A stretch of 64,000 nt of DNA from a candidate division WWE3 bacterium RIFCSPHIGHO2_01_FULL_40_23 (GTDB lineage Bacteria > Patescibacteriota > WWE3 > UBA101185 > 2-01-FULL-41-18): contig MEUZ01000003.1 in the NCBI GenBank assembly GCA_001772615.1, positions 12,450-76,449 of the forward strand. The letters run 5' to 3'. The position numbers were made by a program, and so were the translations under genes. Under the pieces are notes generated by a model that did no database searches, was not told where the DNA came from, and was given only the letters and a program-made list of their open reading frames with translations. Every line of letters begins with the position of its first letter. Positions within the stretch are counted from its first letter, which is position 1. Positions 1-9,980 of the stretch are shown here, piece after piece.

Positions 1-1217
1 GCTGCAGTTGCGGAATGCACGTCCCAATCCTTCTCAAACGCTTTTATCAGTCTTTCATCACCAGTCAAATCCGCCACTATCCTCATTTCCATACTTGAGT
101 AATCGGCCACAACATATTTATACCCTTCGGCCGGAACAAAACATGATCTGAAAGGAGCAACTTCAGATTCTCTCGGTATTTGTTGGAAATTAGGGTTGCT
201 GCATGAAAACCTACCTGTATCAGCACCAATCTGCTGAAAATCAGGATGAATCCTCCCCGTCTTTTTATTGACTTTTTCCAAAATGCTTTCACCAAAGGCG
301 GATATTAATTTTTCATGACCTCTGTACTCCCTTATCAGGTCGGCTACAGGATGTTTTACGGTTTCCAAAACGGAGTCTCCGGTTGAACCTATATCTATGT
401 TCAACTTATTGTTAAAAAGATCCAGAAGCTGGGGCTGGCTGTTCAGATTTAGCACATCAGCAGAACCGCCAAATAGACCCATTTGCTGAACTTTGTATAA
501 AGGTCGTATGGTCTCTTGGATTTTTGAAGCAGTTTCATCTCTTTTCTTCTCCAGCTCCCTTATAATCTTTCTCCATTTAGAAGAGTTAATGCATAAACCC
601 TTAAGCTCCATTTCACCCACAACCCTCACAACTCCAAATTCAAGTTTTGCTACCTTAACAAGATCCTCTTTTTGTAAAAGCTCCCACTGCCTTTTAAACA
701 CAGGAAAAAGTATTAACACATCAAGAGCCGCATATCTAACTTGCTGTTCATTTACTTGTGTTATAAGACCTTCGAAAGTCTTTCTGATGTCCTTATCCAA
801 ACTTAAACCTGTGTGCTTTTCCGCAATCGCTGCGAGTGAGTTACTTCTTTCCAAACCACAAGTAAGTATCCTCTCAGCAAGCATTGAGTCAAAAATATTA
901 TTTAAAGTTATTCCGCAATGCGCCTTTAACATCTCATAATCAAATTTGGCATTTTGCAAAACTTTTAGCTTTTTTGGATCCTCAAGTAGAGGCTTTAAAG
1001 TATCACAGTCTATCTTTCTGGCATCAAAGACATAGGCCATATCTTTCTTTCCTATTTGAATGAGCAGAATTTTAGAGTTATAGGGATCTAAACCAGTACA
1101 TTCGGTATCAACTGAAATAACCTCCTCTTTTAAAAGATCCTCAAAAGCACTTTTAGCATCAGAAGGAGAATCCACAAACTTGTAAGGTAATTTTGTTGGA
1201 TCAAATTCAAGATTCAT
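1..1217 (-). CDS. polA: DNA polymerase I, Klenow-type (3'-5' exonuclease + polymerase); 3' end runs off the window; missing from ORF track
   Basis: Manual translation from ATG at 1217 gives MNLEFDPTKLPYKFVD...ISVDTECTGLDP (Exo I DxE). In the same frame near base 110 it reads VVADYSSMEMRIVADLTGDERLIKAF..DVHSATA (PolA motif A). Confidence 0.93.
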   Translation of the reverse strand, partial: MNLEFDPTKLPYKFVDSPSDAKSAFEDLLKEEVISVDTECTGLDPYNSKILLIQIGKKDMAYVFDARKIDCDTLKPLLEDPKKLKVLQNAKFDYEMLKAHCGITLNNIFDSMLAERILTCGLERSNSLAAIAEKHTGLSLDKDIRKTFEGLITQVNEQQVRYAALDVLILFPVFKRQWELLQKEDLVKVAKLEFGVVRVVGEMELKGLCINSSKWRKIIRELEKKRDETASKIQETIRPLYKVQQMGLFGGSADVLNLNSQPQLLDLFNNKLNIDIGSTGDSVLETVKHPVADLIREYRGHEKLISAFGESILEKVNKKTGRIHPDFQQIGADTGRFSCSNPNFQQIPRESEVAPFRSCFVPAEGYKYVVADYSSMEMRIVADLTGDERLIKAFEKDWDVHSATA

Positions 1218-2499
1218 TTATCTCTTTCCTTAAAATTTCCTTGACGAGCAAAGGATCTGCTTTACCATTTGCCTTTTTCATAACAGCGCCAAGAAGAAAC
1301 ATAATTGACTGCTCTTTCCCCGATTTATAATCTTTTATGGCTTTCACATTTTCTTTTAGATTAATAACGTCTTTAACGATCACTTTAAGTGCGGATTCAT
1401 CTAACAAATCTTCTTTAACTTTTATTCTTTTTAACAAATTATCTACGTCTAAATTCCTTAAATCCGTTTTATTAACGAGAAGGTTGGCCAACCTTTTAGG
1501 ATCGGTTTCTTTGGAAGCTTTTTCAAACTTTTCAGAAAGCTCTAAACTTTCGCAAAGCACTCTTGCCGTGTCAACCCCAATCCCATATATCCTAACAAAT
1601 CTCTCCACTTTTTTATCGGGAAGTTCGGGAACTCTGGCCTTTATTTCCTTCAGGTATTTACTGCTAAACTCCATCGGAGGAATATCCGGCTCGGGAAAAT
1701 ATCTATAATCATGGGCCTCCTCTTTTTCTCTTTGAGACAAAGTTACACTTTTAATGTCATCCCATCCTCTATTTTCTTGTTCGGGCATTAATCCTGACTC
1801 AAAAAGTTTAGATTGTCGTGTCACTTCATATTTTATAGCTTTCTCTAAAAACCTGAATGAATTTATGTTCTTAATCTCAACCTTATAAGTGGGTAGTTTC
1901 TCACTACCTTGTTTTCTAAGAGATACATTGGCTTCAAGTCTTAACTGGCCTTTTTCCATATCTGCGTCCGAAATTTGAAGATATCTTACTATTCTTTGTA
2001 TTAACTTTGAAAGCTCCACTGCCTCTGTAGAAGTTCTAAAGTCAGGCTCCGTAACAACTTCAACAAGAGCCAGTCCCGATTTATTAAAGTCAAGAAGTGT
2101 TAAACCATTTTCATGTATTGATTTTCCCGTATCCTCCTCCAAATGTACCCTTGTGATTCCTACTCTTTTACTAAAAAGATCCAAATGACCATCTACACAA
2201 AGAGGTAGATCATACTGGCTTATCTGATAACCCTTTGGTAAATCGGGATAAAAGTAGTTTTTTCTGTCAAATTTTGAAAACCCACTTAGTTTACAGTTCA
2301 ATGCAGCTCCGAGGAGTTGCGTTGACTTAATTGCTTCCCTATTTGGAACAGGGAGCGCTCCAGGCAAGCCAAGGCAAACAGGACATGTGAGAGTATTAGG
2401 TTCCGACTGATAAATATCGGCGGAACATCTGCAAAACATTTTACTTTTAAGCTTCAGCTGAATGTGGATTTCAAGTCCCAAAACAAGTTCAAGCTTCAT
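1207..2499 (-). CDS. gatB: Asp/Glu-tRNA amidotransferase subunit B
   Basis: GLEIHIQL, CPVCLGLPGALP, FDRKNYFYPDLPKGYQISQ, YRYFPEPD. Confidence 0.98.
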   Translation of the reverse strand: MKLELVLGLEIHIQLKLKSKMFCRCSADIYQSEPNTLTCPVCLGLPGALPVPNREAIKSTQLLGAALNCKLSGFSKFDRKNYFYPDLPKGYQISQYDLPLCVDGHLDLFSKRVGITRVHLEEDTGKSIHENGLTLLDFNKSGLALVEVVTEPDFRTSTEAVELSKLIQRIVRYLQISDADMEKGQLRLEANVSLRKQGSEKLPTYKVEIKNINSFRFLEKAIKYEVTRQSKLFESGLMPEQENRGWDDIKSVTLSQREKEEAHDYRYFPEPDIPPMEFSSKYLKEIKARVPELPDKKVERFVRIYGIGVDTARVLCESLELSEKFEKASKETDPKRLANLLVNKTDLRNLDVDNLLKRIKVKEDLLDESALKVIVKDVINLKENVKAIKDYKSGKEQSIMFLLGAVMKKANGKADPLLVKEILRKEINES

Positions 2500-2882
2500 A
2501 TCTTAACCCCCAAAGCAGTAAGAGCTCTTTTTAAGTCCTCTACGGATTTATTAATAACGTAGTACGGTGGATCAAAATTAGCCTCGTGAACCATTGTATT
2601 TCTTATTTTATGAGCTTTCCAGATATCATCATAAAGATACCTGTCAAATCTTGTGGATGCCATTTTTAAACGCTCACCCATAGTTTCTCCCGCAAAAATA
2701 TCCCTCAAAGCGCTATCAAGTGATCTATCCGCAAGTAGTAGAGCCTGTTTTAAATTACTTGGGCCAGAAAGTTTTATTAACTGCTCAATCTTTACCCAGT
2801 CATTTTTAATCTTATCTTCAGTCAACGAAGAAACAGTTGTCCTAAAAAATTTTTTGCCAAAAAGAAAATCTAATAAGCCCAT
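2496..2882 (-). CDS. Hypothetical protein with HEPN/DUF4145-like Rx4H motif
   Basis: Likely start ATG 2882 (MGLLDFLFG), just after the gatA stop. Contains WKAHKIRNTMVHE. Confidence 0.7.
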   Translation of the reverse strand: MGLLDFLFGKKFFRTTVSSLTEDKIKNDWVKIEQLIKLSGPSNLKQALLLADRSLDSALRDIFAGETMGERLKMASTRFDRYLYDDIWKAHKIRNTMVHEANFDPPYYVINKSVEDLKRALTALGVKI

Positions 2883-2886
2883 AAAT

Positions 2887-4296
2887 TTATAATTCACCCC
2901 TACTAGCCTCATATGAAGCAGCCAAATTTAACACTTTCTCTTCATTGAATTTATCAGCCATAATCCCAAATCCTACAGGAAGACCATTTGAAAAACCGCA
3001 AGGGACAGAAATACCGGTTATACCAGCCATTGAGCTTGGTTCAAGAAGCATATCCTGAATTTCCCCAAACATCGCATTATCTTTTGTTGCACCTTCCTTT
3101 AAAGCTGTGCAAGGAGAGATAGGTCCAACAATAACATCAACCTCACTAAAAGCCCTTTTAAAATCCTCAATGATTAAAGTCCTTACTTTCTGTGCTTTGG
3201 CATAGAATTGGTCATAATACCCTGCTGAAAGAGTGTATGTCCCAAGCATAATTCTCTTTTTGGCTTCAAATCCGAAGCTAGAGCGATCAAAACCATACCT
3301 TATCCCATCAAAACGAGCCAGATTGGATGATACTTCCGACCTTTGAATAATCGTGTAAACTGCAACAGAGTACTTCGGATCTAATAAATCCACCTCTTTT
3401 ACGCTGTATCCTTCTTTTTTCAATACCCCAACAGCTTCTAAAACTTTAGACTTAACACCCTCATCCATTCCTTTAACAAAGTAGGATTTAGCTATCCCTA
3501 TCTTTAATTTCGTTTCTGTCCTTCCTACAGACCGTGTAAAATCGGAAACATCTATATCGGTGGAAGTCGCGTCAAACTCGTCCTTACCCGAAATTATGTT
3601 AAGTATAAATGCAGCATCCCAAACCGTCTTAGTAAGCGGTCCCGGTGAATCCGTAGATGAAGCCATAGAGATAACACCATACCTGCTTACCCTTCCGTAA
3701 GTGGGTTTAAGGCCAACTACTCCGCACCAAGCGGCTGGCTGTCTTATTGACCCGGCTGTTTCAGAACCAACGGCAAAAATACACATGTTGGATGCTACAG
3801 CGGCCGCTGATCCTCCCGAGGAGCCTCCCGGCAATCTGGTGATGTCATAGGGATTTTTGGTCGTAAAAAAATCGGAGGCTTCAGTTGAAGAACCGTGAGC
3901 AAAGGCGTCAAGATTTGTCTTGCCTAAGAGGATAGCCCCCGCTTCTTTAAGTTTTTTAGAAACGGTTGATTCATAAGGTGGTGAAAAATTTCTTATGATA
4001 TTTGATGAAGCTGTTGTTAATACATTCTCCGTACAAAAATTATCTTTTAAAGCATAAGGAACTCCTAGCAAAGGAAATCTAGCAAAGGCCTCACCCCCAA
4101 GTTCCCTGATAAGATCATCAGCCCTAGCCGCACTTTTAAGAGCTTCCTCTCTTACTAAAGTAACAAATGCCCTCAAATCTTCATCTTTTGTTTTTATCTC
4201 ATCAAGACAGGCAAAGACTAAATCTTGGGGAGTAAATTTTAGTTCTTTTAAGCCTTCCAAGCTCTCTTTAATTGAGAGTTCATTTAATTTTTTCAT
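2887..4296 (-). CDS. gatA: Asp/Glu-tRNA amidotransferase subunit A
   Basis: Amidase signature GGSSGGSAAAV, GSIRQPAAWCGVVGLKPTYGRVSRYG. Confidence 0.98.
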   Translation of the reverse strand: MKKLNELSIKESLEGLKELKFTPQDLVFACLDEIKTKDEDLRAFVTLVREEALKSAARADDLIRELGGEAFARFPLLGVPYALKDNFCTENVLTTASSNIIRNFSPPYESTVSKKLKEAGAILLGKTNLDAFAHGSSTEASDFFTTKNPYDITRLPGGSSGGSAAAVASNMCIFAVGSETAGSIRQPAAWCGVVGLKPTYGRVSRYGVISMASSTDSPGPLTKTVWDAAFILNIISGKDEFDATSTDIDVSDFTRSVGRTETKLKIGIAKSYFVKGMDEGVKSKVLEAVGVLKKEGYSVKEVDLLDPKYSVAVYTIIQRSEVSSNLARFDGIRYGFDRSSFGFEAKKRIMLGTYTLSAGYYDQFYAKAQKVRTLIIEDFKRAFSEVDVIVGPISPCTALKEGATKDNAMFGEIQDMLLEPSSMAGITGISVPCGFSNGLPVGFGIMADKFNEEKVLNLAASYEASRGEL

Positions 4297-4582
4297 TCTT
4301 TTTTATAACAGATTTTGTAACAAAAAAACTTTCTTTCTTTTCCTTCGCGTTTCTCAAAACATCTTTCATACTTAAAGATTTTCTTACAAAGTCCTCATCA
4401 AAAATATTTACCTTACCCGATACTTGAGATGTAGGTTTAATATCAGTAGTATCTAGCTCATTAAGAACTTTGATGTAGTCTATTGCCTCTGATAAAAGTG
4501 TTTGAAATTTTTTAACTTCTGTCCCGCTAATTTCAAGTTTAGAAAGTCTGGCTACTTTTTCTACATCCGATGTGGAAATCAT
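4280..4582 (-). CDS. gatC: Asp/Glu-tRNA amidotransferase subunit C
   Basis: VEKVARLSKL, LNELDT; directly upstream of gatA. Confidence 0.95.
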   Translation of the reverse strand: MISTSDVEKVARLSKLEISGTEVKKFQTLLSEAIDYIKVLNELDTTDIKPTSQVSGKVNIFDEDFVRKSLSMKDVLRNAKEKKESFFVTKSVIKKNEKIK

Positions 4583-4629
4583 GCAGTTATTATAGTTAAA
4601 AGCTTAAAAAAAACCAGAGATAAATGGGA

Positions 4630-5190
4630 CTAAGACTCTTTAAAACTAACAGCAATATCCTTTTTCTCTTCTTCTGAAGCCTTAAAGAATTCAGCCGCTT
4701 TAAAATTAAAAAGAGAAGCTAAAATCATATTTGGAAAAACTGCTATTTTATTATTGAAATCCAAGACATTCGCGTTATAGAACTGTCTTGAATAAGCAAT
4801 TTTATCTTCAATCTCCGCTAAATCCGACTGAAGTTTTCTAAAATTTTCTGAAGCCTTAAGCTCCGGGTATGCTTCTGCAACTGCAAAAAGTGACTTAAGA
4901 GCACCGGTAAGCATATTGTCAGCTTCAGCAGCAGCTCTAGGATCCGTTGCGGACATTAAGGCAGCTCTCGCTTTGGTCACATTCTCAAAAACACTTTTTT
5001 CATGAGAAGCATAACCTTTTACGGTTTCAACTAAATTGGGAATTAAACTTGATCTTCTTTTAAGCTGAACATCTATACCACTCCATGCTTCCGAAATCCT
5101 ATTTTTCAATGTGACAAGAAGGTTGTATGTTGAAATAAAATAAACCACTAAGAGAACAAGAAAACCAACAAAAATTAAAATGTTAAACAT
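4630..5190 (-). CDS. lemA: LemA family membrane protein
   Basis: N-terminal [41 protein letters not shown]. Confidence 0.96.
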   Translation of the reverse strand: MFNILIFVGFLVLLVVYFISTYNLLVTLKNRISEAWSGIDVQLKRRSSLIPNLVETVKGYASHEKSVFENVTKARAALMSATDPRAAAEADNMLTGALKSLFAVAEAYPELKASENFRKLQSDLAEIEDKIAYSRQFYNANVLDFNNKIAVFPNMILASLFNFKAAEFFKASEEEKKDIAVSFKES

Positions 5191-5197
5191 AATTCCT

Positions 5198-6952
5198 TTA
5201 CAAAAACTTCCTACTAAAAACCTTTAAAAACTCCTTTAGAGGGAGGGTGTTAACTACACTTCGGCTTTCAACCCAACCTCTCCTTGCAACATCTATACCA
5301 TACCTCATTAATGAATAATCTTCAAGATCATGTGCATCTGTATTTATTATTAGCTTAACACCTTTTTTTACAGCTTCTCTAACAAGCATGTCAGGAAGAT
5401 CCAATCTTTCCGGATGTGCATTAATTTCAAGAATCTTATTTCTTTCCAAAACTTCTTTAAAAACCTTCTCCCAGTCTACCTCATAAGAATCTCTTTGCTC
5501 AAGAAGCCTTCCCGAGGGATGAGCAATAAAGCCGATATAAGGATTCTTTATAGCGTATGTAAGCCTTTCCGTTATTTTTTCTTTGCTTTGATTAAAACTT
5601 GTATGAATGGAGCCTATAGCATAGTCTAAAATTTTTAAATAGTCATCAGGAAGGGAGACTGACACATCAGTAAGAATGTTAACTTCGTATCCAAATAGTA
5701 CTCTCATTGAATCATTTGAGTTATTTATTGATTCAATATGCTTCTTTGTCTTATTTATCAAGGATAAAACTTCTTTCTCACCTCGTGAGTTTATACTAGG
5801 TGCATGATCCGAAATACCGATATATTCATATTTAAACTCTCTTGCTTTTTTTACCATCTCATCCAAAGTGTTATTTCCGTCAGAAAAATTAGTATGCAGA
5901 TGAAGGTCGCCTCTTATATCTTTAAGTTCTATAAGTTTAGGAAGTTTTTTCACCTTCGCTGCTTCTATTTCACCTGAATCTTCCCTTAATTCAGGCTCTA
6001 TGTATGCAAGTCCTAAAAAACTGTAGAAAGATTCCTCATCCGAAAATTCTTTAACCTTTCCTTTAACCTTTATACCGTGCTCGGATAACGAATAACTCTT
6101 TTCAAGGGCAAATTTTCTTAAAGAAATATTATGGGCTTTAGAGCCTGTGAAATGTTGTAAAAGAGCCCCAAACGCATCCGGCTTTTCAGTCATAAGATCA
6201 ACCCTAACGCCGCTTTTTAGTAAGATACTTGCCTTAACGTCACCTTTATTCAAAATTTCGCTTGTATCAGGAAAGCTAACAAAGTGATCAATTACCTTGT
6301 TCGCCGACCTAGTAGAAACTGCAAAATCAATATCCCCAACTGTCACTACCCGCCTCCTAAGGGATCCAAGTGGCTTTATGTCCAAAACCTCCTTGATACC
6401 ACGCATGTAATTTGAGATTTTCTCGGAAACCCAGCTGGCTGTGGGTAAAAGCAACCTTTTCCTTCCTTCTTTATTGGGCTTTAGTTTTTCTATAGCCTCA
6501 AGAATTTCTTTCTCCTTTTGTTCCCCAAAACCCTCAATTTGGCTTATTTTGCCCTCAAGTGCAGCCTTTTTCACCACTTCTAATGAATCTTCCCTCCTTT
6601 TAATATTAAGCTCCTTAGCAAGCCTGTAGGCGGTCTTAGCCCCTATCCCATGTATCCCAAAGAGCCCAAACATACCTCCAGGAAGTTTATTAAAACTAGC
6701 TTCAAAATGCCTAACTTTCCCTGTTCTAAAGTACTCGTCAAGATGCCCAGCTATGCTTGAACCAATACCCGGGATTTCAGTAAGCTTGCCTTCTTCCCAC
6801 AAATCCTTTACCTCCGATGTAGCGTGTTCAATCGCGGTCGCGGCATTTTGATAAGCTCTAATTCTAAAACGGTCCTCTCCGGTCACTTCATACGCAGCGG
6901 CAACCTCTTTTAGTAGTTTTGAAACAAAAGCGTTAGAATACCTGCTCTCCAT
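5198..6952 (-). CDS. polX: DNA polymerase X with C-terminal PHP domain
   Basis: Hh[28 protein letters not shown] motifs DLHLHT..SDG and INTDAH. Confidence 0.96.
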   Translation of the reverse strand: MESRYSNAFVSKLLKEVAAAYEVTGEDRFRIRAYQNAATAIEHATSEVKDLWEEGKLTEIPGIGSSIAGHLDEYFRTGKVRHFEASFNKLPGGMFGLFGIHGIGAKTAYRLAKELNIKRREDSLEVVKKAALEGKISQIEGFGEQKEKEILEAIEKLKPNKEGRKRLLLPTASWVSEKISNYMRGIKEVLDIKPLGSLRRRVVTVGDIDFAVSTRSANKVIDHFVSFPDTSEILNKGDVKASILLKSGVRVDLMTEKPDAFGALLQHFTGSKAHNISLRKFALEKSYSLSEHGIKVKGKVKEFSDEESFYSFLGLAYIEPELREDSGEIEAAKVKKLPKLIELKDIRGDLHLHTNFSDGNNTLDEMVKKAREFKYEYIGISDHAPSINSRGEKEVLSLINKTKKHIESINNSNDSMRVLFGYEVNILTDVSVSLPDDYLKILDYAIGSIHTSFNQSKEKITERLTYAIKNPYIGFIAHPSGRLLEQRDSYEVDWEKVFKEVLERNKILEINAHPERLDLPDMLVREAVKKGVKLIINTDAHDLEDYSLMRYGIDVARRGWVESRSVVNTLPLKEFLKVFSRKFL

Positions 6953-6972
6953 ATTTTTTCATATTAGCATCA

Positions 6973-7001
6973 TTGACTTAAAAAAATCCATTTGTTAGGA
7001 T
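6973..7001 (+). promoter_or_regulatory. Sigma70-type promoter for tRNA-Asp
   Basis: TTGACT-N17-TAGGAT with TGn extension. Confidence 0.6.
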
Positions 7002-7057
7002 GGGCATGTACGTAGGGGGTCCACACATAAAGATACCAACCTTTAGTGGGACCTTAT

Positions 7058-7134
7058 GGTCCCGTAGTGTAGAGGCCAAACACGTTTCCCTGTCACGGAA
7101 AAGATCGCCGGTTCGAATCCGGTCGGGACCGCCA
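7058..7134 (+). tRNA. tRNA-Asp(GTC)
   Basis: Acceptor GGTCCCG/CGGGACC, anticodon arm TTTCC-CTGTCAC-GGAAA, GTTCGAATC T-loop, encoded CCA. Confidence 0.97.
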
Positions 7135-7231
7135 AGGTCCCCTTCTAACTGCCCAAATACTCAAGGAGGCAGATCCAAAAATAAATTCCAGAGAATAAAA
7201 AATTAGTATAAACATTAAACTAGGAGGATAA

Positions 7232-7717
7232 ATGGAGCAGAAAGAAATTGATGTTAATCCATCAAGAAGTGCTACAACAGCTATAATAGCGGGTATTATA
7301 ATCATTGCACTTGGTTACTTATCATATAGATATTTTAATAGGCCAACTAAACCTGAAATCGGCGAAGGCATTAAAATTGAAAGAGCTACACCGACACCTG
7401 AACCGACTGTAACTCCAACGGAAGAAAAGGACTCTACAAAGGAAGTTACTAAAGTAGAAGAAAAAGAAACAGTTCAGGAAAGAAAGATAGAATCCATTTT
7501 CGCCGCGTGGGTAGCTAATGATTATAAACCTGGGGATATCAAAGGAAGTCAATATAACGTAAGGTCAGGCGACACCCTGTGGGAAATAGCAGAAGGAAGA
7601 TATGGGAATGGATCCGAATGGACTAAAATCCTTTCAGCTAATTCCAGTAAAATAGGCTTTTTACCAAATGGGAGTCAAGCCTTAATTTTCCCGAGTCAAA
7701 CGCTGGCACTACCGTAA
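7232..7717 (+). CDS. Membrane-anchored LysM domain protein
   Basis: N-terminal TM, Pro/Thr/Glu linker, YNVRSGDTLWEIAEGRYGNGSEW LysM; AGGAGG upstream. Confidence 0.9.
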   Translation: MEQKEIDVNPSRSATTAIIAGIIIIALGYLSYRYFNRPTKPEIGEGIKIERATPTPEPTVTPTEEKDSTKEVTKVEEKETVQERKIESIFAAWVANDYKPGDIKGSQYNVRSGDTLWEIAEGRYGNGSEWTKILSANSSKIGFLPNGSQALIFPSQTLALP

Positions 7718-7824
7718 AAGGTTCGTTATTTGTTGATCGTGCTGATATTCATAACGGTTGAAATAAACCAAGTTTTGTGTTGGCTGTTAAACTTATAAAA
7801 GTTATAATTAAGTGGTTTATAAAT

Positions 7825-7901
<77 letters not shown>

Positions 7902-7931
7902 GTTCTTTTTGTTGTAGAATGTTTTTGCTAC

Positions 7932-8006
7932 GCCAGAGTGGCTCAAAGGCAGAGCAATCCCTTCGTAAGGGATAGGTTGTGGGTTCAATTCCCACCTCTG
8001 GCTCCA
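7932..8006 (+). tRNA. tRNA-Thr(CGT)
   Basis: Acceptor GCCAGAG/CTCTGGC, arm ATCCC-TTCGTAA-GGGAT, CCA end. Confidence 0.96.
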
Positions 8007-8010
8007 GATT

Positions 8011-8766
8011 ATGATCAAAAGAGATTTTAAATTAAAGAGTAGATTTAAATATGCAGGTCCAAAAGCCTTAAGCAATGAAGAAGACGTTGTTCTTTACAAA
8101 AAACTACTTGCAGCAATATTTGGTATTTTCGCGGTTCTCACTTTATTCCTTCTGACCCTTCAATTTCTTGGACCGAAGATTTTCTCAGTTTACAGTCTTT
8201 TATCTCTTGATAGGCAAAAGAAAGATGAGGAAAAACTTCAAAGTGCTACACCGAGTTTCACTGATACTCCAAAAGCTACAAAATCAAAATTTGTTACATT
8301 AAAAGGTTTTTCTGAACCTCAAAGCAAAGTCAAACTTTTTGTGAACGGGCCCGAAGCAGACAACACTACAAGTGATCAGGAAGGAAAATTCACTTTTGAA
8401 AATGTAAGTCTGTTAGAAGGTCAGAACATTATTTTCGCCAAATCAGAAGCCCCTAATAAAGTTGAAAGTGATAAATCCGAAACGCTTTATGTAATTTATG
8501 ATCTAAAAAAACCTGAAATCTTCATAACTTCTCCTAAAAACGGTGAAGAAATAGAAAGTGTTGACAGTAGAATACCGGTAAAAGGGTCTGTGAATGAAGA
8601 AGCGTCTGTATTTGTTAACTCACATTTAACGATAGTTGATAGCGAGGGAAACTTTCAAACACTCATAGCTGTAAAGGAAGGCCCTAATGTGGTGAAGGTC
8701 ACAGCTATTGATACAGCAGGTAATGAGTCCACATCCTCAATAACTGTTAAATTTGATAAGCGTTAG
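8011..8766 (+). CDS. Membrane-anchored protein with two bacterial Ig-like domains
   Basis: N-terminal TM; repeated beta modules (G.F.F..V.L.EG.N, VTAIDTAGNES). Confidence 0.8.
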   Translation: MIKRDFKLKSRFKYAGPKALSNEEDVVLYKKLLAAIFGIFAVLTLFLLTLQFLGPKIFSVYSLLSLDRQKKDEEKLQSATPSFTDTPKATKSKFVTLKGFSEPQSKVKLFVNGPEADNTTSDQEGKFTFENVSLLEGQNIIFAKSEAPNKVESDKSETLYVIYDLKKPEIFITSPKNGEEIESVDSRIPVKGSVNEEASVFVNSHLTIVDSEGNFQTLIAVKEGPNVVKVTAIDTAGNESTSSITVKFDKR

Positions 8767-9980
8767 GTCTCATCATAAGATATTGCAAACAAAGTCCACA
8801 TCCAAAGCAGAATTTGGGGATAAAATAAAGAGTTTACAAACTGGCTATGTACAAACAGTGACAAAATGGAAGAAAAAGATACAAATGGATAGGATAACCT
8901 CCTCGTTAAAAAAATGCCCTTCCCGGTTTTTATAAGAAAACTTGCGTAAATCAATAAATATGAGATAAGACCGAAAATTCCTGTTGTTGCCAAAACAAGA
9001 AGCAAGCTTGAATCAGATCCCGATCCCGAATGCCCTCCCGTAGAATCTCTAAAATCAAAAAAACCGTAAGCATCCTGATAATACCTGTAATTATTAAACC
9101 CGATACCAAACCAGAGATTAGTTTTTGCTATGCTAAGGGCATTTTGCCAAGATATCAGCCTGTATCTCGCTGAATCTGATGGGTCGGTAACCCCACTTAG
9201 TCTTGTTTGAACTCTTGGAACAAAAAAATAAACCGAAAAAAATAATACCATAAATATCAAAATGTTTACTTTTTTAGACCTTAAAAGACCTGTAATGAGC
9301 ACAAATACACCTAGCATCAGCCACGTGCTTCTTGAAAATGTCAGGAAAATTGCAAGAACATGGATTATTAACACAAGAATACCTAAAGTCTTCCGATAAC
9401 TAAATAACTCATTGAACCTGCTTAAAAGAAGAATAAACCCAAGAACAATGTAAGCCCCTGCAAAATTGGGATCAAAGAAGCTTGAAGTTAATCTGTTTAT
9501 GTGAGGATCCCACCCAAGTTCCAAAGAAAGTTTTGACAGATCAGGAAAGATTGCAAGCTGTATAAAGCCAAATACACTTACAAGTAAAGATGAAACAATC
9601 AAAATCTTTGATGTTTTGTTCTGTAATTTCTTATCTTTGTGAACTAAATTATAAATAATCAAAGAGACCATAACATATATAAGAAACCTCGCGATGTAAA
9701 AACCGGAAAAGACGGCCTTAGGTATCGTTACTTCCCCTATGCTTATAAAAAGGGTGATCAACGAATAACAGGTAAAGAGCAAGGCGAATAAAATGAAGGC
9801 GGGAATAATTATTTTCCTTTTTAAATTCAACAGGTAAAAACCTCCTACGACTGAGAATGCAAAGGCCAGGATTTCAAAAAGATAAATTTTTAGGTTTTCC
9901 CCTGAAGCTATAACACTAAACTGTCCTAAGGAAGCTGTTAAGAACACAAACAAGAGTAAAAATAAAAGATACATTTTCAT
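8763..9980 (-). CDS. O-antigen ligase/polymerase (Wzy_C) family membrane protein
   Basis: Multi-TM; RLTSSFFDPN, LTFSRSTW, R..W, FGIG. Confidence 0.88.
   Translation of the reverse strand: MKMYLLFLLLFVFLTASLGQFSVIASGENLKIYLFEILAFAFSVVGGFYLLNLKRKIIIPAFILFALLFTCYSLITLFISIGEVTIPKAVFSGFYIARFLIYVMVSLIIYNLVHKDKKLQNKTSKILIVSSLLVSVFGFIQLAIFPDLSKLSLELGWDPHINRLTSSFFDPNFAGAYIVLGFILLLSRFNELFSYRKTLGILVLIIHVLAIFLTFSRSTWLMLGVFVLITGLLRSKKVNILIFMVLFFSVYFFVPRVQTRLSGVTDPSDSARYRLISWQNALSIAKTNLWFGIGFNNYRYYQDAYGFFDFRDSTGGHSGSGSDSSLLLVLATTGIFGLISYLLIYASFLIKTGKGIFLTRRLSYPFVSFSSILSLFVHSQFVNSLFYPQILLWMWTLFAISYDET

Noticed and set aside
83-939. ORF-track ORFs 83..295(-) and 493..939(+)
   Set aside because: Off-frame or antisense shadows of the polA frame running 1217 to 1.
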